Assembly (NCBI RefSeq): GCF_009914755.1
Contig: NC_060935.1
From: the human T2T-CHM13v2.0 reference genome, Homo sapiens
Direction: 5' to 3' (one strand)
Length of the DNA stretch: 64,000 nucleotides
Shown here: in pieces, positions 40,579-54,261 of the stretch
Position numbering within the stretch: position 1 is the first letter of the stretch
Layout: each line of letters begins with the position of its first letter
Made by a program: the position numbers and the translations under genes
Notes under the pieces: model-generated
What the model was told of the DNA's origin: nothing
The model's input: the letters and a program-made list of their open reading frames with translations, nothing else
Database searches by the model: none

Positions 40579-41033
40579 GGTGAAAATTGCTAGCTGTCCA
40601 CCAAAATCGATTCTCTTCTTCTTCCATAGTAATCAAGTCATAGCTGGAATGTGACTGCCTGGCTGATCTTCCAAGGTCCCCTTGCATCTATGTGTGGCCT
40701 TATGAATCAATCCTTGCCAATGGAAAGTGAATGGAAGTGATGTGTGTCGGTCCCAGGACTGACCATAGACCTCCTGCATGTGCTCCTTTATGCTATTTCT
40801 TCAGTTCAGGGTGGGAATGGGAATGCCCAGAGCAACTTTGGAAGCTATATGCTGAGGATGCTAGAACTGCCATCAGCCTGGGACCCTGAACAACTGTATG
40901 AAACCAGGTACCTGTGGGTGGGAAAAAAACTGGCTGGAACTATTAGATGAAAGAAAAATAAACATGTTTTTGGTCATTGCAATGTTGAGATCTCTCTTTA
41001 GTAGCAGTTTAGTTATTTACCCTAATTAATACA
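40579..41033 (+). mobile_element. MaLR solo LTR (MLT1J-like)
   Basis: 'ttgctagctgtccaccaaaat', 'gccaatggaaagtgaatggaagtgatgtgtg', aataaa, terminus 'ccctaattaataca'. Confidence 0.75.
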
Positions 41034-41444
41034 CATACTATGGAATATTATGTAATCGTTAATAGGTTACATAGGGAAACAACTGAATGGGGGGATTTTG
41101 TTACATAGGGAAAGTAAATGCAAAGAAGTTTATATAATGTGATCTAACTATTGTAAAATAAATATAGAAGCATATAACCCAGCACGATATACAGAGGAGG
41201 TGGAAATTGAACAACCAACCAACAAATCAAGGGGAAGTCAGTAAGGAAGGAATTTCATAGGTGCTATGTAAGGTAGGTTCTGAAAGGAACAGTAGGGAGC
41301 ATACTTAGGTCATCTTTTTCAAATTCTATGACTTCTGAGTCCATTATGATCTTTTATTCTATGTTTCAAATGTCTACGTAGCATCATCATCTGGATATTC
41401 TGCAGGTATTTTATATATAAAAATGTATTCTCTTTCTCCTTTTG

Positions 41445-42000
41445 AGAAACAATAAGCATATGTTAAGCAAGTAGTTTTGACCACCTATACAGTTTCAGGA
41501 CTTGTGATATACATGCTGGGTGATACAAAAATTAAAAGAAAATGATCCTTGCCTTTCAGAAGTACATAATCAAATGAAAAAGGAGCCATAAAGAGATAAT
41601 TTCAAGAAAACGTAGTAAATATGCTTTGATACAGTTAGGCACAGAGAAATGTAGTAGATTTGAAGAAGGGTCTCTTAAATCAAATTCAGATGTTAGGCTG
41701 ATTTTCAGGGCGAAGCACAAAGTAGCATCCCTGAGCCTGATGAATCTTTATGCATTAGTGACACATTGTCTTAATGCTTTATGCAAATTTGTGATGTGCT
41801 ATTAATATTAATTTACATGTTAGGAGGTAAATATGTGTTATGTTTATGCCTCCATTCCCAGGCAAAGTACCAGGCACACAGTGTGCTAGGGAATAAGGTA
41901 AAGTGATGGTTCTTGTCCTCAAAGAACTCAAAGACTTGTGGTTGGTAAAGATGTGTAAGATAAGTTGTCATAAAGTGTTAAACTGAGTTTCAGAGAGCAT
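41445..42000 (-). mobile_element. Two degenerate L2 3' fragments
   Basis: 'ttgaccacctatacagtttcaggac...atgatccttgcctttcagaag' and 'gtgtgctaggg...atggttcttgtcctcaaagaactca'. Confidence 0.5.
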
Positions 42001-42664
42001 CCTTTTTATTGTAACAAATATTGACAAAGATTAAAATATAGTTAATCCCAGTGGAGGGCTGCTCTGTAACATTCCATGTAGTACAACTTGGCTCCGGGGT
42101 TTTTCTTATCAACCCTCTTATCCTCTGGATTCAGGGGTGTATTGAGAACTGAGGATGCTGAGAGCAGGAATCAGACCCTTGAGAAGTGTGGGAGGAAAGG
42201 GCGCTTAATAGATTCCTTGAAAATGCACCCAACCCAGACACATGGGACAAAACCAGAAGTAACATTATAAGGTTATCTACTTCGTTATTTATCCTTATAT
42301 TCATATTTCTTGAGTACTGAAGGCAAGAATTGCAACTTTCCACTTTCAAATGCTTTCAAAACCATTCAAAAGAGGACAATACTTGATGGGTGGTATTTTA
42401 AGTGCTTAGTGAAATTTTGTTGGAACTGATACTCCATTTTTCTTTTCTGAATAATGACCCCAGAGAGAGAAATAGAGCTATAAACATTCAAAGTTGGAGG
42501 TATTTAAAGGTCATCCAGTTTAACCATTCATTGATGCTTTAGCTCAAGTTTTTTATTATGACATTTCATATCTTCTATAGATGTGAAACCACCCGCTATA
42601 GAAAGATGATCAAGTAGCAACGGTTTAAGAGCCCAATGGGTGTAATTGATATCTGTATGGTGCC

Positions 42665-43126
42665 AATATTAGCTTGCCAGGACTGCTGTAATAAGTACCA
42701 CAAATTGGATGGTTTAAGCAACAGAAATTTATGATTTGCAGTTCTGGAGGCTAGAAGTCTGAGATCGAGGTATGGATAGGTTTGGTTTCTTCTGAGGGCT
42801 TTCAGGAAAGGATCTGTTCCATGCCTTTCCCAGCTCCTGGTGGTTTACTGACAATCTTTGGGATTCATTGACTTGTAGAAGTATCACCCTAATCTCTGCC
42901 TTCATTTTCACATCACTCCCGCTGTATGTGTGTCTGTGTCTAAAATTTCCCTTTCTTATAAGAACACCAGTCATATTAGATTAGGGGACCATCCTACCCT
43001 AGTATGAACCCTGTTAATTAATGATGTTTGCAGCAACCCTATTTCCAAATAAGGTCATATTCTGAGGTACTGTGGTTAGGACTTCAACATATACATTTAG
43101 AGGAGAACACAATTCAACCCGTAACA
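42665..43126 (-). mobile_element. MaLR solo LTR (MLT1C-like) with 5-bp TSD GTGCC
   Basis: 'cagttctggaggctagaagtctgagatc', end 'aattcaacccgtaaca'; gtgcc at 42660-64 and 43127-31. Confidence 0.88.
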
Positions 43127-43694
43127 GTGCCTTTAAAACATAAGCATATATTCAATACCTGACTCTCCCCAGAATACTCCATACAGGTTTTTACTTTTTT
43201 ACACCTCTTATGTTATTGTTCCATATTGATAGATTTCTCTTCTGTTGTAATGCCACTTTGTGCTGCTCTTATCTCTATTAAACACTTAGATAATTGTGAT
43301 TTGAGATATAATTGTTTATGTGGCTAGAGTTTGGGATACAAAAATCAAACAACAGATAAAATCTCCAAATTTTAATTATTCTTTTATTCTCTCATTCAAT
43401 ACATATTTATCAAGAAAGCAATATATGTACCAAATGTTCTAGACACTGAGAATGTGGAGGTGAATACACATGGCTAGCCAGGTCCCAACCCTCATGGATA
43501 ATACATTGTAGTGGGAGATGTGAGTGATTCCTCAGCTTCTATTCAAATTGTTTTGGAAAATTTATTAATAGATTAAGATAAATTCTGACTGGCTTCAGAT
43601 GGTGTTGAGTGGCCTAAAGATGTAGGCCAAGACATCTTTCAGGATCACAGAGGCATTGTTTTATAATGATTAAAAACTTAAAATTACATATCGA

Positions 43695-43822
43695 GGCACA
43701 TGTATACGTATGTAACTAACCTGCACAATGTGCACATGTACCCTAAAACTTAAAGTATAATAATAAAAAAAATTAAAAAATTAAAAAAAATTAAAAAAAG
43801 ATACCCAGAAAAAAAAGAAAAA
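43695..43822 (+). mobile_element. Severely 5'-truncated young L1 (L1PA2-like 3' tip), apparently inserted in a MIR
   Basis: 'ggcacatgtatacgtatgtaactaacctgcacaatgtgcacatgtaccctaaaacttaaagtataat' plus tail; TSD aaaattacatatcga (43680-94) / aaaattatatattga (43823-37). Confidence 0.9.
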
Positions 43823-44634
43823 AAAATTATATATTGAGTATGAATTGGTTATTGATTAGCTATATGACTTTGTGTAAACTACTTATCCTCTTTGAAATTC
43901 AAATTCTTTAATTTTTTTGTTCTTTTCAGTGTGATTTCTTCTTTAACCTATAAGTTATTTGCAATTTCTTGTTTTTTTAGGTTTTGAACTAGTAAAATAT
44001 ACGAAATTTCACATTTACGTCAGTATTCAGCCTGAATCTGCTCTGCCCACTTGATCTTACAAAGTCCAGATAGCTAAATGTCCATTTTATAGTCATTTCT
44101 GGCATGTTTTGTGTTCATGAAAGTTACCGTCTTATCATCATAACCATATGGGTAAATAAACAACAATTTTATTTGAATTTATATTACCTAAAAATTTCAC
44201 TTTGAAATATAAGTAAGCATACATCTGTAATGAAATGAAAACATCTCATCATATGCTTTATAAGTTGAAATCCCCATGAGTCACTTGGGAGTATACTGTA
44301 AATTTATTACTGTTAGAGGGACATACTGAAAAACTGATAATTGTGAAACCTGCCAATTTATTTGTACAGACACTGAATATTAAGGATATGAAAATACTAT
44401 AATAATTAGGGAAATGAATTTATTATTACGGAAATGCTAAGAGTATATTAGCTAATTTTAGGAAGAACATTATACTCTTTATTTATCACAAATGTGTATT
44501 GCAGTGAAGTTATAATACAAGGCAGAAAAGTGAAAAATAGATTGTGATGCAATTTTTCCCAGTTGAAGTAGTTGACATTAAATAAAACCTTTAAAGATTG
44601 TATTTTGTTTTAAGTTATTTAATATTATTTAGAT

Positions 44635-44770
44635 TCCTATGACTTACCTAAATTCAGTGGTCAATTCAGTTCTTATATAACTTGAAATATCAGCAATTGA
44701 TACAGCTGATTACTGCTTCTTCCTTGAAATATTTTCTTCACTTGGATTTCAGGTCACTACACATTCTCCT
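44635..44770 (+). mobile_element. L2 internal fragment
   Basis: 'ctaaattcagtggtcaattcagttctta...cttccttgaaatattttcttcacttggatttcagg'. Confidence 0.65.
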
Positions 44771-47700
44771 ATTGACAGACATCTATTTCCTCTACATTTT
44801 TTTTCTCTATTATAAGTAAAGCTGCAATCAACACTTTCATGCTTATTTTTTATGGGCCTAAGTTTTCAATTTTTTCATACTGAGGACTGGAATTGCTAGA
44901 CATAGGTGTATGTATAATTTTATTTTAAAAACCTGAGGTCGGGTGCAGTGGCTCATGCCTGCAGTCCCAGCACTTTGGGAGGCCAAGGTGGACGGATCAC
45001 AAGGTCAAGAGATGGAGACCATCCTGGCCAACATGGTGAAACCCTGTCTCTACTAAAAATACAAAAATTAGCCGGGCTCAGTGGCGTGTGCCTGTAGTCT
45101 CAGCTACTCGGGAGGCTGAGGCAGCGGAATCACGTGAACCCAGGAGGCGGAGGTTTCAGGGAGCCAAGATCGTGCCACTGCACTCCAGCCTGGTGATACA
45201 GCGAGACTCTGTCTCAAAAACAAAACAAAAACAAAAACCCTGCTAAACAGTTTTCTAAATTGGTTCTACCATTTTATACCCCCACCCACGGTATATGAGA
45301 GTTCCAGTTGCTCCTCATTCTCTTGGTAGAGTCAGTCTTTTTAGTGGTAACTATTCTAGTGGGTGTGTAGTGATGTCTAATTGGCTTTAATTTATATTTC
45401 ATCCATGCCAATGATTAAACATATTTTCCTTTGTATATCTTCTTTTCTTTGTATACACAATTTTTGAAGTATCTGTCTAAATCCTTTTTCCCATTTTTAA
45501 TTGGGTTGTCAGTCTTTTTTATCATTGATTTGTGAAATCTTGGTAATTTTTTTTCAATTTGGCTTGTCTTTTTTTCTTAAATGTCTTTTGATAAGAAAAT
45601 TTTAATATTTATAATGCATGATTTATAATTTTTCTTTATGTTTAGTGTTCCATGAATTCTACCTAAAAAATTATTATCTAGCCCACCTATTTCTGGATTC
45701 TACTTTGTTCTATTGTTCCATTTTTCTTCTATACTTATGTCAATATGACACCATCTTAATTACTCTGGTTTTATAGCTTTATAGTAATCATTAGAATCAG
45801 GCAATGTTTTTTCTTCAACTTTGTTCTTCTTTCTTAAGATTGCTTTGGCCATTCTAGGTTGTTTGCATTTTTATATAAAGTTTAGTATCTGCTTGCCAAT
45901 TTCTATAAAAAACCTGTTGGGATTTTGACTGGAATTGTATTGAGTCCATAGCTTAATATGGGGACAAATGCCATTTTTATAATATTGATGCTTTTAACCC
46001 ATTGCTATGGTATATCTCATTTCTTTAGGTTTTCCACAGTTTCTCTCAGCAATGTTCTGAAGTTGTCTAAATAGAGGTCTTTTATATCCTTTGTTAAATG
46101 CACTGCTGGTGTTTTGGATTTTTTTTATGGTACTCCTAACAAAATGTATTGATTTTTTAAAAATGTCAATCTCTAGTGCTTGTTGCTAGTATAAACAAAT
46201 ACAATTGATTTTGTATATTGACCTTGTATCCTAAGACTTGGCTGAATTCAGATATTAGATCTATTAGTTTGTTTGGGTGAAATCCTTTGGATTTCCTAGG
46301 TATACATGTATTTCACTTGTAAATAAGTACAGTTTTACTTTTTCTTTCCCCATATTCATACCTTTTATTTAAAATGTCTTCTTGCATTAGGTAGAATCTC
46401 ATTACAATGTTGAAGAGAAGTTCTGAGAGCAGATATACTTACGTTTTTTGTGTGACCTCAGTGACAAATTGTTCAATATTTTACTACTAAGTATAGTATT
46501 TACTGTAGATTTTTTGTAGAAGTGCTCCATTAAATAAATAAAAGGATATTTCATTTTATTTCTAGTTTTCTGAGAGGTCTTTAAAATCATGAAGCAGTAC
46601 TGGCTTTTGGCTAAACCTTTTATTGCAATTATTGCAATAATTATATAGTCATTCTCTTGCATTATTGGAGTTAATTCTGCCATTTCTTGATTGTCTTTTG
46701 GAATGAATTGATACTTCTTTATTAAGTACTTTTACATTTATATTAATGAGGGATATTGGACTGTTATGTTCTTTCCCTGTAATGTCATTGCCAAGATTTA
46801 ACTTTAGGGTATTAGTTTCAAAATGAGTAAAAGTGTTCCTTGCTCTTCATTTTCTGAAAGTGCGTTGGTGATATTGGTTTTTTTTTTGCTTTATTGTTTG
46901 ATAGACTTCACCATTGATGCCATCTTGGCAGAAGCTTCCTTTTTAGGAAGGTTTTAAATTATTGATTTAATTTCTCTAATGGATGCAATGTAATATAGAT
47001 TGTCTATTCTTTTGTTTTGAAAAGTTGAATGTTATTTGCTTTTTATATTTATTATTTTCTTATCATTATCATTTTATTTCTTCTATTTATCTTGAGTTAC
47101 TTTGTTATTCTTTCTCTAGCTTCTCAAAGTGAAAGCTTAGATCTTTGATTTTACACTTTTCTTGTTTTTTTAAGTAAACATTTAAAGCCCTAAATTTCTC
47201 TCTTAGAACCTCATTAGATGGCATGTCATACATTTTGACATGTTGTGTTTTTATTATGATTAAGTTAAAATACTTTCTAATGTGTATTTGTGATTTCCTC
47301 ATCGACACTGGATTATTAAGAAGTGTATGCTTAATTTTCAAATATTTTGGGGGATAATCAAGATATATTATTGATTTTGAGTTCTAATTAAACTGTTTTC
47401 TGGTCAAAGAATATGTTTTGTGTGCAAAAAACACTGCAAATTTTTAAGGCTTATTTTATATGCCTCATCATATGATCTAGCTTGGTGAATATTCTATGTG
47501 CACTTGAAAAGCTTGTATATCCTCAGCTGCTGGGTGTGGTGCATTGTAATTTCATTAGGACAAATTTGTTGATAATGTTCAAATTCTTCTTCAAATTTAT
47601 ATTGATTGATCTAATTGTTTTATCGATCATTGATAGAAGAGTATTAAAGTTTCCAACAATAATTATTAATTAATTATTTTTTCTCTTTAATTCTGTTAAA

Positions 47701-47975
47701 TTTTGTTTCATTTACTTTGACTCTGTTGTTAGGTTAACATTAAGAATTGCTGTTTTCTTGATAAATTAGCCATTTTATCATTATGAAATGCCCCTCTTTA
47801 TCTTAGCAAATATTCTTTATTTTGAAGTCTCTTTTGTTTAATATTAATTGGGTCATGCTATTTTTCTTTTGACTACTGTTTATATAGTGTGTATATATGT
47901 ACATATATATATATATACACACACACATATACATATATATTTCTGTCTTTTTTCTTTTAACTCATCTGTGACTTT
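44771..47975 (-). mobile_element. Old L1M (L1MD/ME-like) ORF2/3' region
   Basis: Minus-strand ORF2 remnants such as 47105-47341 (KHTLLNN...LREKFRALNVYLKK); T-rich plus strand. Confidence 0.8.
44937..45237 (+). mobile_element. AluSc-like element
   Basis: 'ggatcacaaggtcaagagatggagaccatcctggccaac' and short 'cctggtgatacagcgag'; TSD-like aaaaacctg / aaaaaccctg. Confidence 0.93.
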
Positions 47976-47979
47976 CTAC

Positions 47980-50505
47980 CCAGTCTCTCTCTTTACCTCC
48001 TTCTTAAGGTCAATAACTCGCATATTTTCCATTTTGAGGCTGTTTTATGGATCTTTTAGGTGTGCTTCATTCTTTTTTATTCTTTTTGACCATATTTCCA
48101 AATAGCCTGTATTTCCAAATAGCCTGTGTTTAAGCTTACTAATTTTTTCTTCTGCTTGATCAATTGCTTAGAGGCTGATGTATTCTTCAGTATGCCAATT
48201 GCATTTTTCACCTCCAGAATTTCTGCCTGATTCTTTTTAATTATTTCAATTTCTTTGTTAAATTTATCTGATAGGATTCTGAATTCCTTCTTTGTGCTAT
48301 CTTGAATTCATTTGAGTTTCCTCGAAACAGTTATTTTGAATTCTCTCTCTGAAAGTTCACATATCTCTGTCTCTCTGAGATTGGTCCCTGGTGTCTTATT
48401 TAGTTCATTTGGTGAGGTTATGTTTTCCTGGATGGTGTTGATGCTTCTGATGTTCATTGGTGTCCGGGCATTGAAGAGTTAGGTATTTATTGTAGTATTC
48501 TCAGTATGGGCTTGTTTATACCCATCATTCTTCAGCAGGCTTTCTAGATATTTGAAGGGACTTGGATGTTGTGATCTAAGTTTTTGGTCACTGCAGCTAT
48601 ATCTGAATTAGAAGGCACCCCAAGCCCAGTAACACTGTAATTCTTGCACTCGTAGAGGTACTGACTTGGTAGTCTTCAATTTGATCTGGAAGAATTCTTT
48701 TGATTACCTGTCTTTTTATTATCCTGTGGCCTAGACAGCAGAGATTCTTCTTCTCTTCATTTACTTTCTCCCAATCAAATGGAATCTCTCTATGTGCTGA
48801 GCTACCTGGAGCTGGAAGAGGGGCACCAAAAGCACCCCTGTGGCCACCATCACTGGGACGGTGCTGGGTCAGACCTGAAGCCAGCACAGCATGGGGTCTT
48901 GTCCAAGGACCACTGTAACCACTACCTGGCTACCATCTATATTTGCTCAAGGTCCCAAGGCTCAACAATCAGCAAGTGGTGAAGCCAGCCAGTCTTGTGT
49001 CCTTGCCTTCATGACAGCAAGTTCCTTTGGGCCCCAGATGGGTCCAGAGATATATCCAGGAGCCAAGGCCTAGAGTAACAAATCTTAGAAATTTACCTGG
49101 TACTCTATTCTACTGTGGCTAAGCTGGGGCTAAAATCACAAGACAAAGTCCTTCCATTCTTCCCTCCCCTTTCCCCAGGCAGAGAAGTCTCTCCCTGTGT
49201 CCACCACCACCACCACAGGCCCATGGGAGTACTGCTAGGATGTTGCCGATGTTCACTTAAGGCCCAAGCACTCTTCAGTCAGCTTGTGGTGAATGCTGCT
49301 AGGCCTGGGACTGATGCTACAGGGCAATGGGCTCCCCTCTGGCCCAGGATAGGTCCAGAGATGCCATCCAAGAGCCAAGGCTAGAATCAGAGACCCCAAG
49401 ATCCCCCTAGGTGTTCTTTCCCACAGTGGCTGAGCTTGTGCATAAGCTACAAGACAAAGTCCCACTTACTCTTCCCTTTGCTTTCTGAAGCAGAAGGAGT
49501 CTCTCTTCACAGCCACCATAGCTATGAATATGCTGGGTCACACCTGAAGTCAGCATGTCTCAGAGTCTCACCCAAGGCCCATGGCATGTTCTACCCAGTT
49601 ACCACTGCTTATTATTTAGGGCCCAAGGACTCTTCACTCAGCAGGTAGTGAATACTGCCAGGACTGGGTTCTTCCCTTCAAGGAAGTGGGTTCCTTTTTG
49701 GCCTAGGTTGCGTGTAGACATGACATCTGGGAGTGAGGGCCTGGGATGGGGGCCTCATGACTCTCCCTGGTGCCCTATCCTATTGTGGCTGAGCTAGTAT
49801 CCAAGTTGCAAGACAAAGTTCTCTTTACTCTTTCCTCTCCTCTCCTTAATTACAAGGAAGGGGTCTGTTTTGGAGCTGTCAGTTTCACTGCCTGGGATTA
49901 GGGGAGGGGTGTTGCAAGCACTCCCTTAGCCTCCCAAACTGGTATCTCACAGGTCACATATCTCCTAAGTCTACCGGCTCTGAGCCCAGCACAGCACAAA
50001 GACTTGCCTAGGAATTGCAGTCCTTATGGCCTAGACAACCTTTCAAGATTATTTAGGACCCCAGAGCACTTTAGCATGTTGGCAAGTCTAACTGAAACTC
50101 AAGTTCCAACTGCTATAATGTAGGATTCCCCTCTGGCTATGGCTGGTCCAAATGCTCCCTCCATGGACGTCAGCTGAGTATTTCTCAGTGTTGACAGCAC
50201 TGAGTTTTAATGCAAAGTCTCACAATCACTATACTCTCTCTCCCCCAAGTGCAGAGTCTCTGCCTCATATGGCTGCTGCTGGGGAATGGGGGAGGGGTGG
50301 TGTCGGCATTTAAGACTGTCTTTTCTACACTCTTCAGTGCCTCTTTCAGTGAACTGAGATTAAAACCAGGCGCTGTGATTGCTCACCTGATTTTTGAGTC
50401 TTAGGAAGATACTTTTCCTTTGTGTAGATAGTTGTCAGTTTGGTGTTCCTGCATGGAAGATGATTGGTGGAAGCTTCTATTTGGCTATCTTACTCCACCT
50501 TGTCC
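47980..50505 (-). mobile_element. L1MA-type (L1M1-like) 5' UTR plus ORF1 N-terminal part
   Basis: Reverse strand starts ggtggagtaagatagccaaatagaagcttccacc; three ~310-360 bp internal 5' UTR repeats; ORF1-like sequence at ~48000-48450. Confidence 0.8.
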
Positions 50506-50565
50506 AAATTTTATTAACTCTTTTTGAAATATTAATGAGAGTGATATGTGGGAGTGGGTTGAATA

Positions 50566-50622
50566 TGTGTGTATCTGTACATGCACGTATGTGTGTGTGT
50601 GTGCATGTGTGTATGAGTGTAT
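50566..50622. repeat. Imperfect (TG)n microsatellite
   Basis: Read directly. Confidence 0.8.
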
Positions 50623-51032
50623 GTAGCTCACAGACAGAATTTACCATATAGTCTTGATTGGAAGTCTTGCTTTTTTATCAATAAGTCAGGAATAATATTT
50701 CCTTTATAAACTTATTGCAATCTTTAAATTATGTAAGCCATGTAGAGTGGTTAGCAAGATGCCTGGCATATAAAAAGGCTCAGTAAATATTATGGGGCAT
50801 TTTACTATGAAACAGAGTCACTCACTCAGTAATTGCAAAGTGGTAGATAACAAAAGCATGAAGAGATAAAAATTGCATCAGCCCTGAAATTGCATTTGGA
50901 ATATATTTTTTGAGATAATCTCTTTCTGAAAGTATAGACACTATGGGTTGGGGTTGGAATTCTTGCTTTGGCCTCTGGATATTGTTTTTGAAGGAATATT
51001 TCTCTCCTGGGTAGCTATTCAGTGAAAGGCAG

Positions 51033-51145
51033 TGTTAAGAGAAAATTCTCCGTGAGTCTTTTGTGTTCCTGAATGTCTTGCAAAGTGGTTCACCGAAGCC
51101 CTTTGATCTAAACTATCTTTTCAAGGATATATGCACAGTGAACAT
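51033..51145 (+). mobile_element. ERV1 LTR 5' fragment (MER67-like)
   Basis: 'tgttaagagaaaattctccgtgagtct...actatcttttcaaggat' resembles my recollection of the MER67 start. Confidence 0.5.
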
Positions 51146-53839
51146 CTATACAAATTCCTATCTAATGTCAGCCCAATTTACACTAAGAATTTCTGGATTT
51201 TCTTTGATTAATTTTTCAAGTGTCTTTCCCTCCTCTAACACTCCAGGCTTTCACAGATCCCACCAGATAATAAAGATAACACAATTTTCTCATGGGCTTG
51301 TGGGTGGAAGCAGCTCAGTATTATGCTCAAAGGCATATGCTGCTGCCAATGGGCCTGGGTGGTATTCTTACTACTATTGCCCATCTGAGCATTATGACCT
51401 CTTTTGAACATGACCTTCAGGAAAGTGAATCTGCAGAGCTCATCAAAATGTTATTTGCCCAAAGTAGGCATCTTGGTTTTCCAAGATTTCTTCTGTAGTT
51501 TCTTTTACTCTCCTAAACTTTACACATCTGTAGATGGTCTCTTAACTCATAAGGTTGCAATGGATATTGGGATTCTGTCACCCATGATTGATTATGTGTC
51601 TCCCCCTCTGGAAGAGCTGTGCGGTTTGATAGGAATGGGACTAAGTTACTTCTTACTCCCCAACCTTGCGTCGTCCTTTAAATTCCGCATATAACATTCT
51701 GAGTAGAGAAGAGGTAGAATGAGATGCAGCAACATATACATTAAAAATTTCTTTAAAAATCTCACCAATGTCAAGCTGATTCTTCTACTTCAGCAACAGT
51801 TTATTAGATCTCTTCAAAGCAACACTTTTGGAGGCTAGGTATTTGAGGGAAGTCTGTACCTCTTACTTTTAAAATACATTTTATTGTGATGAAAGCTCTC
51901 AGAGTTGCCTTTTCTGTGCAGCTGTCTGTTATTTGAAATATTTGCTTGATATTATTTTTCTACATCTGGTTCAGCAATAATTTCATGGGAACATTACTTG
52001 TCAATTCTGCATTCTCACTCTTTTTGACACCCTCCCTCCAACATTGACTCCCTAGTGGTGATAAGTGCAGTGAAGAGCCACCAGCAGAAGAATGAAATAC
52101 TATTTCTTCTTTGTTCTCACCTTACTCACAGTGATCATTGAATTTGTTTTACTGGCTGAAACTGGAGCTGCCTCTGCAAGCAATTAAGTTGTCTTAACCA
52201 AACAAATGCAGTGACTGAAATTTCCACACAGCACAGTGTTTCACATTTACTGCATCTGGGGCTTGAGAAAAATCACACTTTAAAGCAATATGAAATAAGT
52301 TTTACAAAACTGGCAGGAATTCAATGTTACATAGAAAATCAAGTAGGCTAAACTACTGAGAAATCAAAAGTATATAAGTGTAAGAGAAAATTATATGGCG
52401 GAATAAGGCAGGAGAAATATAAATAAGAGCAAATAAGGCCTTTTAGGAGTGACAAAAAAGAAGGAAATATCAAGATAACAACTATATTTTCTAAACACAA
52501 ATTTGCCTTACAACAGCAATTCTGGACACAAGACAGTGCATTCCAATTTTAGAAAGTGTTTTATTTTTATTTCCCTGGAGGTACTTTTAATTTTTCACAA
52601 TAGTATCTTAAAAACATCATTTTAGAATAAATTTACTTTTGATTTACATCTTACATGTGTGGTGAATGCCTTCAAAGATGTTAATGCACTGGTGTTGTTG
52701 AGCTGGAAAGTGTGTCTCTCCAAATTGATAGGTTATACTTAGGAAATTGATGGTACAAAGAAGCAGGCACACACCTAGACGATAAATCAAACTAAGCACC
52801 ATATATTTTCTGACCCTGATACTTAAATGATAACTGGTTTACTTAAGCAACAACTCTCCAGTCATTTTTGTCAGTTTTCTGAATGATGACGCATGTATTT
52901 TGCAGCTCTTTTTATTTATTGATATTGGCAGAAGAATAAATGTCAGTTTGTATAAAAAGATGTCCAAACAAGTCCCATCTTCTCATTTTATTACATAATG
53001 ATTATAAATACATATTTCAAGTTTGATGACCTTGAAGGAATTCTTGGTAAGGTTACCAAGGGGAGGAAAGGTTGTCAAACAAATAGACTTTATGTGGCGA
53101 TTTATAGTCTTCTAGAGAAAGGTATTCTTAGCACTTCCTAGTCAACCTACAATGTAGAACAAGGAAACAAAAAACCTGCAGGCTGTAAATAGTGTGTTCA
53201 AAATTCAACCTTCAAAAAAGGAGCAGAGAAACCTTGTGAATGGAATATAAATAGAGAAGGAAGACTGGAAGAAAATTAGTTGTAATAGAATATACACGGA
53301 TTTTGAGAACGTTGGACTGTGCTCTCCATTCTTACACAGTGTGGGCATTTTGTGGCAATAAAGTTCATTTCCCTTTTTAAACAGATGTTTCCTCTCATCT
53401 TAAATAATTATTTCAAAAAATTCGAACTTACAACATTATTAAAATAGAAACAAAATCTGAGCCTTATCAAAATCTGACTGATTATGTGGGAATCCTTAGT
53501 TGACCCTAAGTGAGAATTAACCCCTAAGAAATAGCAGTAACCAGGAAAATTAGCAAGATGTGGAAGTCAGTAAAGACCAGAAAAGGGAGTGAGAGCCAGG
53601 GTATTCACATTGGAATGAAAGCTCTGATAATTTCTCATGTATATACTTCCTTTAGAAAAGGCTATTAGCATATCTGAGTCTCAGTTTCATCATATATAAA
53701 TGTGAAAATAATATTGCCTTTCCTACATCGAAGGATTGCTGATCAAATCAATTTTCCATCTCCCATCAGGGATTGTAGTTTATGGACCCTAGCATCTTTT
53801 TATCATCCCTCATCCCTCTGCTATCCTTTCTTCCTTCTT

Positions 53840-54090
53840 TATCCGAATAGATTCCATGACCTGCCATTGGAATTACTCCCTTTCAAATGTGCCCAACTCC
53901 TTTTTCCCTGTTTGTTTCTTCAAATTCATTTGGCAGAACCACCACTTGGGTTAAATCTAACTCTCTACATACTTTGCACCTGCATTCATAAAACTGTATG
54001 TATCTGGAAAAACACAAAATCATGAAAAGTAATTTCAGTTTAAATTCATAACAATTATTTTCAAGTAGGCATTTAGTCCTATGCTACCAC
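53840..54090 (+). mobile_element. L2 ORF2 fragment
   Basis: 'tagattccatg...ttggcagaaccaccacttgggttaaatctaact...tttaaattcat'. Confidence 0.55.
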
Positions 54091-54261
54091 ATTGGATTTT
54101 AATTTTATTTCTTGTTTTATTTTCTGGTTAAATTTTACTACTGTGATTATGTTAACTTCATAAAATGAATGCCTTTTTCTATTGTTTGTAAAAGTTTTTA
54201 TATGGTAGGAACTATTTGTTATTAAATGTTTAGTAGAATTAATCTGTAAAGCTGTCTGGAT

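Noticed and set aside
51150-51694. Cluster of 68-114 aa ORFs or a possible ERV internal remnant
   Set aside because: No recognisable motifs; chance ORFs in a slightly GC-richer stretch.
52120-52185. Possible minus-strand 44-nt exon (ttgcag...|gtgagt)
   Set aside because: Splice-like motifs only; they cannot be supported without transcript or conservation data.
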